Assembly: GCA_963845325.1 (NCBI GenBank)
Contig: CAWJRT010000013.1
Coordinates: 128,614-192,613 of the forward strand
Direction of reading: 5' to 3'
Source of the DNA: an uncultured Spirochaetota bacterium
Lineage (GTDB): Bacteria > Spirochaetota > Spirochaetia > SZUA-6 > Fen-1364
DNA: 64,000 bases
The notes below the pieces were generated by a model. That model ran no database searches and was not told the DNA's origin. It saw only the letters and a list, made by a program, of their open reading frames with translations. Numbering within the stretch: position 1 is the stretch's first letter; every line of letters begins with the position of its first letter. Positions 39,141-49,080 of this stretch are shown in pieces. The position numbers were made by a program, and so were the translations under genes.

Positions 39141-40754
39141 CTATTCCGCCATTGCTGCACCGCGCGCGGCGCCCGCCTTGCCCTTCTTCAGGAAGAAGGC
39201 GGGAACGATTGCGGCCACGGTGATGATCGCGCTGATGATGAACACGTCGTCGATGGCGTTGACGAACGCCGTTTTTGCCGCCATCCCGTTGAGAAACGCG
39301 AGCGCCGTGCCGCGTCCCTTGGCGCCTCCCCCCATCAGGGCCCCGGCATGGGCCAGGGCGGCCATTGCCGCGGGGTTCGCCGGAGTGACGGTCCAGGCAA
39401 GCCAATCCCCGTGAAGGGCCTGGCGGGTGGTGAGAACCGTGGTGAGCACGGCAATGCCAAAGGAGCTGGACACCCTCTGGATGATGTTCGTGATCGAGGA
39501 AGCCCTGCCGATGAGCGCGGTGGGAATCTCCACCATTGCGGCCGTCTGGGCCGGCATCATTGCCAGGGGCATGGTGATCCCGCGCAGCACCGTCCACAGG
39601 ATGATCGTCGAGGTGGCGGTGGCGAGGTTCAGGTAGTGGAAGAGCCAGGTGATGAACATCAGGAGGACGATACCGGTCAGCGCGAGCGGCCGGGGGCCGA
39701 CCTTGTCAAAGAGCCTGCCCGACAACGGGCATCATCAGCCCCGAGACGAGCGCGCCGGGCATCATCAACAGTCCCGTCTCCATGGCTCCCAGGCCGCGGA
39801 AGGTCTGCAGGAACAGCGGCAGGAAGAAGAGCCCGGAGAACATGACGATGTTCGTCACGATGACCATGAGGTTGGCCATGGTGAAGGACCGGTACTTGAA
39901 CACCCGCAGGTCAAGGAGGGGATTTTCCGAGGTGAGCTCGAGGTAGATGAAGAGCACGAAGAGGAAAAAGCTCACCGACGAAGAGGAGAACCGTCGGCTC
40001 CGCACCCCATCCCCAGTCGGCGCCCTTCGTGAGGGCGAGAAGGAGGCAGAACAAACCGCCTGCGGAAGTCAGGCCTCCCGCGATGTCCAGCTTGCCCGGG
40101 TGCTTGGACTGGAACTCGGGCAGCACGAAGAGGGACAGGAGGATGCCGATCGACGCCGACGGGCAGGTTGATGGTGAAGATCCAGCGCCAGTCGACGTAC
40201 TCCACCAGGTAGCCGCCCAGCGTGGGGCCGATGGCCGGGGCCACGAGGATGGCGATGCCGAAAATGCCCATCGCGCTGCCGAACTGTTTTCGGGGGACCA
40301 TGCGGAACATCATGGCCATGGTCGTCGGCATGATCATTCCTCCGCCCACCGCCTGGATGACCCGGGCGAAGACGAGTGAGTTGAAGCTCCAGGCGAGGCT
40401 GCAGAACATCGAGCCCACGACGAACACGCCCATGGACAGGATGTACAGTCGCTTGAAGCCGATCCTGTCTCCCAGCCAGCCCGAGAAGGGGACGACGACG
40501 CCGAGGGCGAGCATGTAGATCGTGCTCACCCACTGCACCTCGGAGGTGCCGACGTTGAACACGTTCATGATCGTGGGGATGGCCACGTTCACGATGCTGG
40601 TGTCCAGGATGGACATGAAAGCGCCGATGAGGGCCACAAGGACCGGGGCGATCCAGTGGGACATGGGCCGCTCGGCGACCTCCTCCCCGTGGCCGGCCGC
40701 CTGGAAAGGCACGGGTATCGGGGCGCCCGGCTTGGCGCCATCCTGCTCACTCAT
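39141..40754 (-). CDS. MFS DHA2-family (EmrB/QacA-like) efflux pump, paralogue 2, 3 apparent frameshifts
   Basis: MSEQDGAKPGAPIPVPFQAAGHGEE...MSHWIAPVLVALIGAFMSILDTSIVNVAIP... It is colinear with, and highly similar to, the intact paralogue at 41276..42877. Pieces lie in ORFs 39972..40781, 39911..40126, 39706..40005 and 39141..39725. Confidence 0.8.
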
Positions 40755-41186
40755 TCCACTCTCTCTTCCTGCTCGAGGCACCCCAGGACCGCCGCCAGGT
40801 CGCCGCCCAGGCGCTCCCGGGTGTTCTGCGGCAGGCTGTGAAAAGCCTTCTCCAGGGACCGGGAGCTGGCGTGCTTGAGGGTGCGCACCAGCTCGCCGAG
40901 CTTCACCGTGCCCTTCATCACCACGGCCCTGCGGTCGTCCGGATCCCGGTCACGTTCGAGCCATCCGCCGTCCACCAGCCGATCGAACATTCCCGGTGAG
41001 CGTGCTCGGAGGGAGGCCGAGCTCATCGGCGAGGGCGGTTGCGCGGCACGCCCCGGCGTGATGCGACTTCCAGAGCACGGCCATTTCGGTGAGCGACAAT
41101 CCCTCTTTCTGGGCGAGGGGCGCGAGGCGCTTCCCGATCTTCCTGTTGATGTTCCAGAAAAGCTCGACCAGGCCAATCTCGTTCAT
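40751..41186 (-). CDS. MarR-family transcriptional regulator, 1 apparent frameshift
   Basis: MNEIGLVELFWNINRKIGKRLAPLAQKEGLSLTEMAVLW... + ...LTGMFDRLVDGGWLERDRDPDDRRAVVMKGT (winged HTH with the DxR wing motif). Pieces lie in ORFs 40950..41258 and 40751..41176. Confidence 0.8.
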
Positions 41187-41208
41187 GCGAGTCTCCGTAC
41201 ACCGGTGA

Positions 41209-41258
41209 TTCGAAACAGTAATATTCGATAAAATAATATTGGCTGTCGAATTAGTCAA
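41209..41258 (-). promoter_or_regulatory. promoter/operator copy A (upstream of marR and pump 2)
   Basis: Reverse strand reads TTGACT (41258-41253), 17 nt, TATTTT (41235-41230), overlapping the direct repeats CCAATATT-N7-CGAATATT. Bases 41209-41240 nearly match 42924-42955. Confidence 0.55.
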
Positions 41259-41275
41259 GGCCGGGACGGGAACGG

Positions 41276-42877
41276 CTATTCGACCGCCGCTGCGGCGCGC
41301 GACTTGCCTCGTTTGAGGAAGAAGGCGGGGATGACGGCGACGACCGTTATGAGAGCGGTGATGAGGAAGACGTCGTCAATGGCGTTCACGAAGCCTGTCT
41401 TGGCCGCCATCCCCTGGAGAAACGCGAGCGCCATGCCGCGGCCCTTCGCGCCTCCCCCCATCAAGGAGCCCGCGTGGGCAAGGGCACTCATGGCCGCGGG
41501 GTTCGCCGCGTTGACGGTCCACGCAAGCCATTGTCCGTGGAGCACCTGCCGCGTGGTGAGCACCGAGGTGAGCACCGCGATCCCGAAGGAGCCGGCCACC
41601 CTCCCGATGATGTTCGTAAGGGCCGAGGCCCGGCCGACGAGCTGGGTAGGGATCTCCACCAGGGCAGCGGTCTGCGCCGGCATGTTGGCAAGGGGCATGA
41701 CGAACCCGCGCAGCATCGTCCACAGAATGATCGTCATCGTGGCGGTGGCGAGGTTGAGATAGTGGAACAGCCAGGACACGAAGATCAGCATGAGAATGCC
41801 CGCAATCGCGAGGGGCCGGGGGCCGATCTTGTCGAAGAGCCTGCCCTGGATGGGCATGATGAGCCCTGATATGAGCGCGCCGGGCATCATCAGGAGGCCC
41901 GTCTCCATGGCCCCAAGGCCACGGAAGGTCTGCAGGAAAAGCGGCAGGAAAAAGATCCCGGAGAACATGACCATATTCGTCACGAAGACCATGAGGTTCG
42001 CCATCGCGAAGGATCTGTACTTGAAGACGCGCAGCTCGAGAAGCGGGTTTGCCGCAGTGAGCTCGAGGAAGATGAACAGCACGAAGGCGAAGAAGCTCAC
42101 GACGAAGAGAAGAACTGTCTGTTCTGCATTCCATCCCCAGTCGGCGCCCTTGCTGAGGGCGAGCAGGAGGCAGAACAACGCCGCGGCAGAAGTGACGCCA
42201 CCGGCGATATCCAGCCGTCCCGGATGCTTTGACTGGAACTCCGGCAGCACGAAGAGGGCCAGGAGAATGCCGATGACCCCCACCGGCAGGTTGATCGTGA
42301 AGATCCAGCGCCAGTCGACGTACTCCACCAGGTAGCCGCCCAGCGTGGGGCCGATGGCCGGGGCCACCATGAGAGCGATGCCAAGAATGCCCATGGCGCT
42401 CCCTACCTGGGTCTTGGGGACCATGCGGAAGATCATCGCCATGGTAGTCGGCATGATCATTCCTCCGCCCACCGCCTGGATGACCCGGGCGACTACCAGC
42501 GAGTTCAGGTCCCACGAGAGACTGCAGAACATGGAGCCAACAACGAACGCGCCCATGGCCAGGATGTACAGTCGCTTGAAGCCGAGTCTGTCCCCCAGCC
42601 ATCCCGAGAAGGGAACGACCACGCCCAGAGCGAGCATGTAGATCGTGCTCACCCACTGCACGTCGGAAGTTCCGACGTTGAACACGTTCATGATCGTGGG
42701 GATGGCCACATTCACGATGCTGGAGTCCAGGATGGACATGAACGCACCGATGAGCGCGACAGAGACCGGCGCGATCCAGTGGGACATGGGCCGCTCGTCA
42801 GGCTCTTCTCCATGGCCGGCCGCCCGGAAAGGCGCGGATGTCGGGGCGCCCGGCTGGGCGCCTGCCTGCTCACTCAT
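41276..42877 (-). CDS. MFS DHA2-family (EmrB/QacA-like) efflux pump, paralogue 1
   Basis: Intact 533 aa with 14-TM-type organisation and the motif GWLGDRLGFKR. Confidence 0.85.
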   Translation of the reverse strand: MSEQAGAQPGAPTSAPFRAAGHGEEPDERPMSHWIAPVSVALIGAFMSILDSSIVNVAIPTIMNVFNVGTSDVQWVSTIYMLALGVVVPFSGWLGDRLGFKRLYILAMGAFVVGSMFCSLSWDLNSLVVARVIQAVGGGMIMPTTMAMIFRMVPKTQVGSAMGILGIALMVAPAIGPTLGGYLVEYVDWRWIFTINLPVGVIGILLALFVLPEFQSKHPGRLDIAGGVTSAAALFCLLLALSKGADWGWNAEQTVLLFVVSFFAFVLFIFLELTAANPLLELRVFKYRSFAMANLMVFVTNMVMFSGIFFLPLFLQTFRGLGAMETGLLMMPGALISGLIMPIQGRLFDKIGPRPLAIAGILMLIFVSWLFHYLNLATATMTIILWTMLRGFVMPLANMPAQTAALVEIPTQLVGRASALTNIIGRVAGSFGIAVLTSVLTTRQVLHGQWLAWTVNAANPAAMSALAHAGSLMGGGAKGRGMALAFLQGMAAKTGFVNAIDDVFLITALITVVAVIPAFFLKRGKSRAAAAVE

Positions 42878-42923
42878 TGCACTCTCTCTTCCTGCTCGAA
42901 ACGGGGCTCCCCAGAGCTGTTCA

Positions 42924-42972
42924 TTCGAAACAGCAATATTCGATATAATAATATTCGTTTCCGTTTAGTCAA
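42924..42972 (-). promoter_or_regulatory. promoter/operator copy B (upstream of pump 1)
   Basis: Reverse strand reads TTGACT (42972-42967), 16-17 nt, TATTAT/ATTATA (about 42950-42944), overlapping CGAATATT-N7-CGAATATT. It is a duplicate of the marR upstream region. Confidence 0.55.
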
Positions 42973-43011
42973 GGGGGTTGGAACCCCGGGGTTCAGGCAC
43001 CGCCGGCAGCG

Positions 43012-43762
43012 CTAGAAGAACATCCTGACAGCCGATGCCAGGGTGAGGACCTGCACCGCTATCATGAAGGCTTTTTCTGGAATCTTTCTTGCAAGGTACA
43101 GCCCTGCAAAGGCGCCGGCCACCACGCCACCGGGCAAGAACGGCATCGAAGGTGAGGGATTCCTGAGTGATCAGCCCGAGGGTGATGCTGAACGGGACCT
43201 TCAGCCAGTTGAGGATGAAGAAATACCAGGCGCTGGTTCCGATGAACTCCTCCTTGGGAAGCCGCATTGACAGCAGGTAGATCATCGTGACGGGACCGGC
43301 TGCGTTTGCAATCATCGTCGTCGCCCCCGCCAGGAAGCCTGCAATTGCGGCGAACCACCACGAGGTGGGGATGGGCGCGTCTTTGCGCATGATGTACTCG
43401 CGATACACGTGCACGCCGAGCATGACGATGACGATGGCCCCCATGACGTACCGCATCTGGCGGTCGTCGATCCGTCCCATGGCAAAATAGCCTGCAACGA
43501 TCCCCGCCACGGCCCAGGGCAGGAGGCGGACGAGGTGTTTCCATGAGCCGTGGCGTCGCCAGAAGATCACCGCAAACGCGTCAGCAGTAATGAGCAGCGG
43601 CAGGAGCGCACCGGTGGAGACGCGCGCGGGAAGCACCTCCGCGAACAGCGGCGCAAGGAGGATTCCCAGGGCTGGGATTCCGGTCTTTGCAATGCCCGTG
43701 CACAGGGCGGTGATGGAAGCCAGCACCCAGGCGCCGGCAGTGAGGGCGTAGACTCCGTGCAT
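43012..43762 (-). CDS. TauE/SafE family sulfite/anion exporter, 1 apparent frameshift near the 3' end
   Basis: MHGVYALTAGAWVLASITALCTGIAKTGIPALGILLAPLF... is a polytopic membrane protein. The C-terminus (...AFMIAVQVLTLASAVRMFF) is in a shifted frame and ends at 43012. Confidence 0.75.
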
Positions 43763-43773
43763 GTATCAGGATA

Positions 43774-44016
43774 TCAGCGGCGACGTTCGCGCCGCGTGAT
43801 CATGAACACGAGCCCGATCACGGCCACTGCGGCTCCGGCAATCATCTCGATGAGCGCCTGCCCTTCCTCCGTGGAGCTGCCGCTGAAGAACTTCTGGATG
43901 GCCCCGCCAAGTGACCCACGGGCGGTGTCATAGGTGATCAATCCGTACGTGAACACCGCCACGCCGATGACCAGGAGAATGAGTCCCGCGAGGAGCCGCG
44001 AGTTCCTGCTTTTCAT
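43774..44016 (-). CDS. small two-TM membrane protein (DUF3185-like)
   Basis: Internal ATG at 44016 of ORF 43774..44529. Product is MKSRNSRLLAGLILLVIGVAVFTYGLITY...MIAGAAVAVIGLVFMITRRERRR. Confidence 0.5.
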   Translation of the reverse strand: MKSRNSRLLAGLILLVIGVAVFTYGLITYDTARGSLGGAIQKFFSGSSTEEGQALIEMIAGAAVAVIGLVFMITRRERRR

Positions 44017-44082
44017 GTCCCTTTCCTCCTGGCAGGCCATTGTGTATTCTAGCTGCCGGGTTTGCACAAGGAGGCAACTGCC

Positions 44083-44832
44083 GTGGGCGCTGTTCGCAGC
44101 AGAACTCTCGATGATGCGCACGGAGGATTGCACTGCGAGATACCTGTCACAGCCGTGACTCATGCAGGCATCTCCCTGGCAGCCGCGGGTGACATGGCCC
44201 TGTCCCGGGATCGCACCCTTCCCTGGCGCACGAAGTTCCTGGCCGCACGGCGCATACCGAGAGAGCGCCTGTACGCGCTGCGTCAGGTTCACTCCCGGCG
44301 CGTCCAGCTCATCGAGGAGCAGTCCGTCGACGCCATAGCGGCCGTGGAAGCGGATGGACTTCTCACGGGCCGGTCGGACGCGGTGCTCTCGGTCACCGTT
44401 GCCGATTGCCTGCCGATATTTCTCGCGGACCGGCGGACCGGCGCCTTCGGGGTTCTGCACTCCGGCTGGAAAGGCACCGGCATCGTGGTCGAGGGGCTTT
44501 CCGTCCTGGCCTCCCGTTTCGGCTCCCATCCCGGCGAAATCTCCGCTGTCATCGGCCCCGGGATCGGGGCCTGCTGCTATGCCGTGCCTGAAGAGAGGGC
44601 GGCTTTCTTCGCTTCCGAGTATGGCCCCGGTACCGTCGTGCGGGGCCCGGACGGTACCCCGCGGCTGGACCTTCGGGCGGCGAACATCGAGCTTCTCCGC
44701 CGGGCCGGGGTCGAGGACGTGACGGTCTTCATGGATTGCACGAACTGCTCGCCGAAGCTGGGCTCCTTCCGACGGCAGGGGGCGGCGGACTTCACGCTGA
44801 TGCTCGCCTGGATCGGCTGCGGCGTGGCATAG
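44083..44832 (+). CDS. pgeF: YfiH/PgeF family (laccase-domain, peptidoglycan editing factor)
   Basis: LRQVHSRRV, ADGLLT, VTVADCLPIF, GVLHSGWKGT and GACCYAV motifs. GTG at 44083 lies 8 nt after AAGGAGG. An alternative TTG start is at 44062. Confidence 0.8.
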   Translation: MGAVRSRTLDDAHGGLHCEIPVTAVTHAGISLAAAGDMALSRDRTLPWRTKFLAARRIPRERLYALRQVHSRRVQLIEEQSVDAIAAVEADGLLTGRSDAVLSVTVADCLPIFLADRRTGAFGVLHSGWKGTGIVVEGLSVLASRFGSHPGEISAVIGPGIGACCYAVPEERAAFFASEYGPGTVVRGPDGTPRLDLRAANIELLRRAGVEDVTVFMDCTNCSPKLGSFRRQGAADFTLMLAWIGCGVA

Positions 44833-44848
44833 GGCCGGTACCGCCGGG

Positions 44849-45505
44849 CTATATTCCCAGGATGCCGGTCAGCTCACCCAGCGCGTTGATCGTGTAGTCG
44901 GCTGCCGGCTCGACGGATTGTGCGTCGTGCGAAGTCGACAGCCGCGACGCCGTGCGGCCGTTGGTGAGCAGCACCGTCGGGGAGCCGGCGGCTTTTCCCG
45001 CCGCGATATCGAAAACAAAATCTCCGACAACGAGCATCTCGTGCGGGGCAACCCCCAGCGCCCGGGCGGCCGCGAGCACGCCGTCGGGGTGCGGCTTGGG
45101 CCGGCCCTCGCTGTCACGCGTGACGATGACCTGGAAATCCCGTTCGGAGATCCTCGTGAAGTTCGCAAGCGACGCCACGATCGACGAGCGCGTATTGCGG
45201 GTGAGGATGCCGATCCTGATCCCATGATCGCGCAGCAGGCCGATCGTCTCCTCTGCACCGTCGTTGGGCACGGAGGCGCGCGCGGCGGCCAGCTCGAAAT
45301 CGGCAAGTATCTTCCTTCTCAGGACGCGCTCCTCCTCGGTGGGGAGCGCATCGATGTATTCCAGGATCAGGGTTCCCGGAGGGCATCCGATCGCGGCGCG
45401 CAGGGCCGGGAAGTCCAGCGAGTCGGGATGCGTGAGGGTGCCGTCGAAATCAAAGAGCACCGCGGGGAAGCGTCTCCGTCTTGAAGGATCTCGGGTGGCC
45501 GTCAT
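44849..45505 (-). CDS. HAD-superfamily hydrolase (phosphoglycolate phosphatase-like)
   Basis: Intact 218 aa. AVLFDFDGTL (motif I), ILTRN (II), RPKPHPDG and VVGDFVFDIAAGKAAG (III/IV). Confidence 0.8.
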   Translation of the reverse strand: MTATRDPSRRRRFPAVLFDFDGTLTHPDSLDFPALRAAIGCPPGTLILEYIDALPTEEERVLRRKILADFELAAARASVPNDGAEETIGLLRDHGIRIGILTRNTRSSIVASLANFTRISERDFQVIVTRDSEGRPKPHPDGVLAAARALGVAPHEMLVVGDFVFDIAAGKAAGSPTVLLTNGRTASRLSTSHDAQSVEPAADYTINALGELTGILGI

Positions 45506-45682
45506 TTACAATCCTGCAGCCACGATGTTCTTCAAAAAGAAATCTTTCGGCATGTCTGCGGGCTCCTCCGGGGTGTGACGCGGAGTGTAGCCGGAAACGA
45601 GCGTGCCGGGAAGCGGATCCGCCGATGGATTCGTCAGTTCCACGGAGCTATACTTGGGAATCAGGAGCATAGGAGGAGCACG

Positions 45683-46351
45683 ATGCGAAGGGTAGCGTTG
45701 GCGGCTGTGTTCTTTGCGGCGGTTTCCGCTGCAACCGTGTTAGCGTTCAATCCCGATGAGCTGAACAAGATTACATTCGACAACTCCACGGGATCGAAGA
45801 TTGAAATGGTCTTCCTTTCCCCGGGGGACAGCAAGTTCTGGGGCCCCGACATCATCGGCGCCGACTACTTCCTGAAGAACGGCACGAGCCTCGGTTACTA
45901 CGTGCACTATCCGGACAAGTCGTTCAAGTTCGATATCATGGCCACCGACGACAGCGGGAACGAGTTCGAGGTGCGGGATTTCATCATGACCGACGGCAAG
46001 GAAGCCACGGTCAAGCTGACTCCCCAGAGCCTGAACAAGGCCGCGCCGGATTTCACGCTTGACACTGTGCACATCGACAACAACACGGGGCACGAGATCC
46101 AGTACCTGTTCGTTTCTCCGAGTGACTCCAATGCATGGGGGGTCGACCTCCTTGACGAGGAGACCACCGTGGCAGACGGGGACACGCACAGCTTCGTGCT
46201 CGCGGTGGGCAAGAACAAGGTGAAGTACAACCTGATGGCGGTGGACGACAACAACGACGAGTACCAGTTCAACATTACCATCGACCCGAAAGCCAAGAAA
46301 GAGTTCACCTGGGCCATCGAGCCGGGGGACCTGCAGAAGCCGACGAAATAG
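45683..46351 (+). CDS. secreted protein of unknown function with an internal tandem duplication of a roughly 95-aa domain
   Basis: ATAGGAGGAGCACG lies before the ATG. Signal peptide MRRVALAAVFFAAVSAATVLA. Two homologous halves: ITFDNSTGSKIEMVFLSPGDSKFWGPD... and VHIDNNTGHEIQYLFVSPSDSNAWGVD... Local GC appears lower by eye. Confidence 0.65.
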   Translation: MRRVALAAVFFAAVSAATVLAFNPDELNKITFDNSTGSKIEMVFLSPGDSKFWGPDIIGADYFLKNGTSLGYYVHYPDKSFKFDIMATDDSGNEFEVRDFIMTDGKEATVKLTPQSLNKAAPDFTLDTVHIDNNTGHEIQYLFVSPSDSNAWGVDLLDEETTVADGDTHSFVLAVGKNKVKYNLMAVDDNNDEYQFNITIDPKAKKEFTWAIEPGDLQKPTK

Positions 46352-46374
46352 GGGACGCCTCCGCTGCCGCCCCT

Positions 46375-47532
46375 TCAGCCGCGGGGCACGCCGTCGCTCC
46401 CGGCGGCGTTCACCCTCTGCCAGGCGCCTGTCTGCACCGAGATCTCCGCGCACTGCATGAGACGTTGAACCTCGATCCCGCGTGAAAGGGAAGGATCCGG
46501 CTGCCGGCCTTCCGCGACCGCCCTCAGGAAGGAATACTGGCAGTGGAGGTGACCCCGCAGCCACCCCGACGTGGCCCGCGGCGATGGAAACCCTGCCGGC
46601 GCGGGGTAGCGGGAAAGGGCGGGGACCCTCTTCCACCCCCGCGTGCCGCCAAGGGGCGTGCCGGGATCCGAAAGGCCATATATTTCCACGAAGTCCGGCT
46701 GCATGAGATCGAACCGGATGGCGCCACGGGTGCCGTGGAGCTCCACGCGGAAATCGTCCTCGGCCCCGGTTGCAATCTTGGAAGCCTCCAGGGTGCCCAG
46801 TGCGCCGCTGCCGAGGCGGACCGTCATGATCACCTGGTCCTCTGCATCAACGGTCTGCACGCCGCCTGCGCCGTCGGGGCGCGTCGGATAGAGGATCCGG
46901 GTCTCCATCCTGATTCCCACCATCGGACCGGCAAGCCAGTCCACCAGGTCCAGCAGGTGTGAGCCCAGGTCACGCAGCACCCCGCCCCCCTGCGAACCGC
47001 GGAGCTTCCATTTCAGCGGCGCCGAAGGGTCAACGCTTCCGGAATGCAGGTACACGGCGCGGAAGCTGGTCAGCGTGCCGAGAAATCCCTCCTCGACGAG
47101 CTGCCGGGCGCGCTGAACGCCGGAATAAAACCGGTTCTGGAAAGTCATTCCGCCGATGCCCGTCCATCCCCTCATTGCATGACCGACTTTGTCGGCTTCC
47201 TCCATGCTGACGGTCAGGGGCTTGTCGCAGTAGATATGTTTGCCAGCCGCTATGGCCGCCTGCAGCTGCTCGGCGTGCAGCGGGTTGGGCGAACAGATGT
47301 CGATGATGGCAATGTCCTTCCGTTCGATGAGGCGGCGCCAGTCGTCCGTGGCAAAATCGAAACCGCCGTGGCGGAGGGCTGCTTCCGCCGTTGCCGCGGA
47401 CGAGGTGGCAACCCCGACCAGCCGGACATCCAGGGGCGGCGGGTCATAGAAGAAGGGCATGCTGCGCCAGCCGAATGCGTGGACCTTGCCGATGAACCCG
47501 TACCCGATGATGCCCACCCCCGTCTTCTGCAT
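46375..47532 (-). CDS. Gfo/Idh/MocA family oxidoreductase
   Basis: Intact 385 aa. N-terminal Rossmann fold VGIIGYGFIGKVH and the EKPL-like motif YCDKPL. Confidence 0.8.
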   Translation of the reverse strand: MQKTGVGIIGYGFIGKVHAFGWRSMPFFYDPPPLDVRLVGVATSSAATAEAALRHGGFDFATDDWRRLIERKDIAIIDICSPNPLHAEQLQAAIAAGKHIYCDKPLTVSMEEADKVGHAMRGWTGIGGMTFQNRFYSGVQRARQLVEEGFLGTLTSFRAVYLHSGSVDPSAPLKWKLRGSQGGGVLRDLGSHLLDLVDWLAGPMVGIRMETRILYPTRPDGAGGVQTVDAEDQVIMTVRLGSGALGTLEASKIATGAEDDFRVELHGTRGAIRFDLMQPDFVEIYGLSDPGTPLGGTRGWKRVPALSRYPAPAGFPSPRATSGWLRGHLHCQYSFLRAVAEGRQPDPSLSRGIEVQRLMQCAEISVQTGAWQRVNAAGSDGVPRG

Positions 47533-49080
47533 CTAGACATCCTCCAGGAAAGAAACAATTTCCGCAATGCGGACCGGCTTGGCAATGAACCCGTCGAACC
47601 CCTCTGCCAGGAACCTTTCGGGGTCGCCCTTCATGGCAAAGGCGGTGAGTGCGACGAACGGGCCGCGGACACCCCGTTCGCGCAGCTTCCTCATTGCCTC
47701 GATGCCGTTGATGCCGGGGAGCTGGATGTCCATGAACACGAGGTCACACGGCGATGCCGCGGCAATGGTCAGTGCCTCTTCGCCGCTGGCTGCGGACAGG
47801 ACCGTGCATCCGAATGCGCCGAGGATCCTTTCCATCAATATCCTGTTGGCCGGGCTGTCGTCCACGACGAGGGCGGTCTTTCCGGCGAGGTCGGGCACTT
47901 CCTCGGATCCTCCCGCGCCTGCGACTGCCGCCGCTGCTTCGACGGCTGCAGGAGCAGGGTGCAGCCCGGGGATGCGCACGGTGAAGCTGCTGCCCCTTTC
48001 CGGAGAGCTTTCCACGGAAACGGTGCCCTCGTGCAGCTCAACGAGGCGCTTCACGATTGCCAGTCCCAGGCCGGTTCCCTCACCGGCGCGGCTGGAGCGG
48101 GACTGCATGTACGGCTCGAATATTCTCGGAAGGTCACCCGTCGGGATGCCGATCCCCTCGTCCCAGACTCGGAGCACGAGTGTGCCGGCCTCGGAGCGCG
48201 CTTCCACGCCGATTCGTTTTTCGCTCGCGGTGAACTTGATTGCGTTGGAGAGCAGGTTGTACAGCACCTGCTTGATCCGAACCTCGTCCGCATCCAGGAT
48301 CCCCAGGTCCTCCGGAACGGAAAGCACAATGCGCAGGTGCTTCTTGGCAACCAGGGTGCGCACGGTCGTGAGCACCCTCCGGATGACGAGCGCCGGGTCG
48401 ATGCCCGATTTTTCCAGCTGGACCTTCCCCGCTTCGACCTTGGAAAGGTCCAGCACATCGTTGACCATGTCCAGGAGGTGCTCCCCGCCTTCCCGGATCC
48501 AGCGGAGGTACTCGCGCTGCTTGTCCGAGAGCCGTTCGGCCCCCTGCAGCTCCATGAGCTGGCCGAAACCGAGGATGGAGTTCAGCGGCGTGCGCAGCTC
48601 GTGGCTCATGTCGGCCAGGAACCTGCTCTTGGCCCTGTTGGCTGCCTCCGCGACGGCAGTGGCCTGGCGGAGGAGCTCTTCCATTGTCTTCCTGTCGGTG
48701 ATGTCTTCCTTGATGCCGAGGAAATGCGCAATTGACCCATCCGGACCGTGGATGGCCGAAATGGCGGCAAGCTCCCAGTACAGCTCTCCGTTCTTCTTGC
48801 GGTTGCACAACTCGCCCCGCCATTCGCGTCCCGCGCAGATGGTTTTCCAGAGGTCGCCGTACACCTTGGGGCCCTGGATGCCGGACTTCAGGAGCCGCGG
48901 ATTGCGGCCGATCACTTCGTCCCGCGCATAGCCCGTGAGCGTTGAAAACTTTCCGTTGACATACTCGATGTTGCCCAGCGGATCGGTGATCATGACGGTG
49001 GCAGGGCTTTCTTCGACGATGGCAACGAATATGCGGGGATCGAGGCCCCCCTGTCCCCCGGTTTCCTCCGACACGTTCAA
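47533..49080 (-). CDS. hybrid sensor histidine kinase (PAS-HisKA-HATPase-receiver)
   Basis: Intact 515 aa. PAS (ITDPLGNIEYVNGKFSTLTGY), H-box FLADMSHELRTPLNS, NLLSNAIKFT, DEGIGIP, GTGLGLAIV, and C-terminal REC (ALVVDDSPANR...LVFMDIQLPGINGIE). Confidence 0.85.
   Translation of the reverse strand: MNVSEETGGQGGLDPRIFVAIVEESPATVMITDPLGNIEYVNGKFSTLTGYARDEVIGRNPRLLKSGIQGPKVYGDLWKTICAGREWRGELCNRKKNGELYWELAAISAIHGPDGSIAHFLGIKEDITDRKTMEELLRQATAVAEAANRAKSRFLADMSHELRTPLNSILGFGQLMELQGAERLSDKQREYLRWIREGGEHLLDMVNDVLDLSKVEAGKVQLEKSGIDPALVIRRVLTTVRTLVAKKHLRIVLSVPEDLGILDADEVRIKQVLYNLLSNAIKFTASEKRIGVEARSEAGTLVLRVWDEGIGIPTGDLPRIFEPYMQSRSSRAGEGTGLGLAIVKRLVELHEGTVSVESSPERGSSFTVRIPGLHPAPAAVEAAAAVAGAGGSEEVPDLAGKTALVVDDSPANRILMERILGAFGCTVLSAASGEEALTIAAASPCDLVFMDIQLPGINGIEAMRKLRERGVRGPFVALTAFAMKGDPERFLAEGFDGFIAKPVRIAEIVSFLEDV

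Noticed and set aside
36248-39160. A 970-aa single ORF on the reverse strand that looks like one giant protein
   Set aside because: It concatenates the N-terminal parts of three adjacent genes (HlyD-like, adaptor lipoprotein, TolC-like). These happen to be in the same frame and are joined by out-of-frame, Arg/Gly/Pro-rich nonsense stretches. The lipobox start at 38380, the ATGA coupling at 37237 and the continuation of each gene in other frames show that they are separate, indel-interrupted genes.
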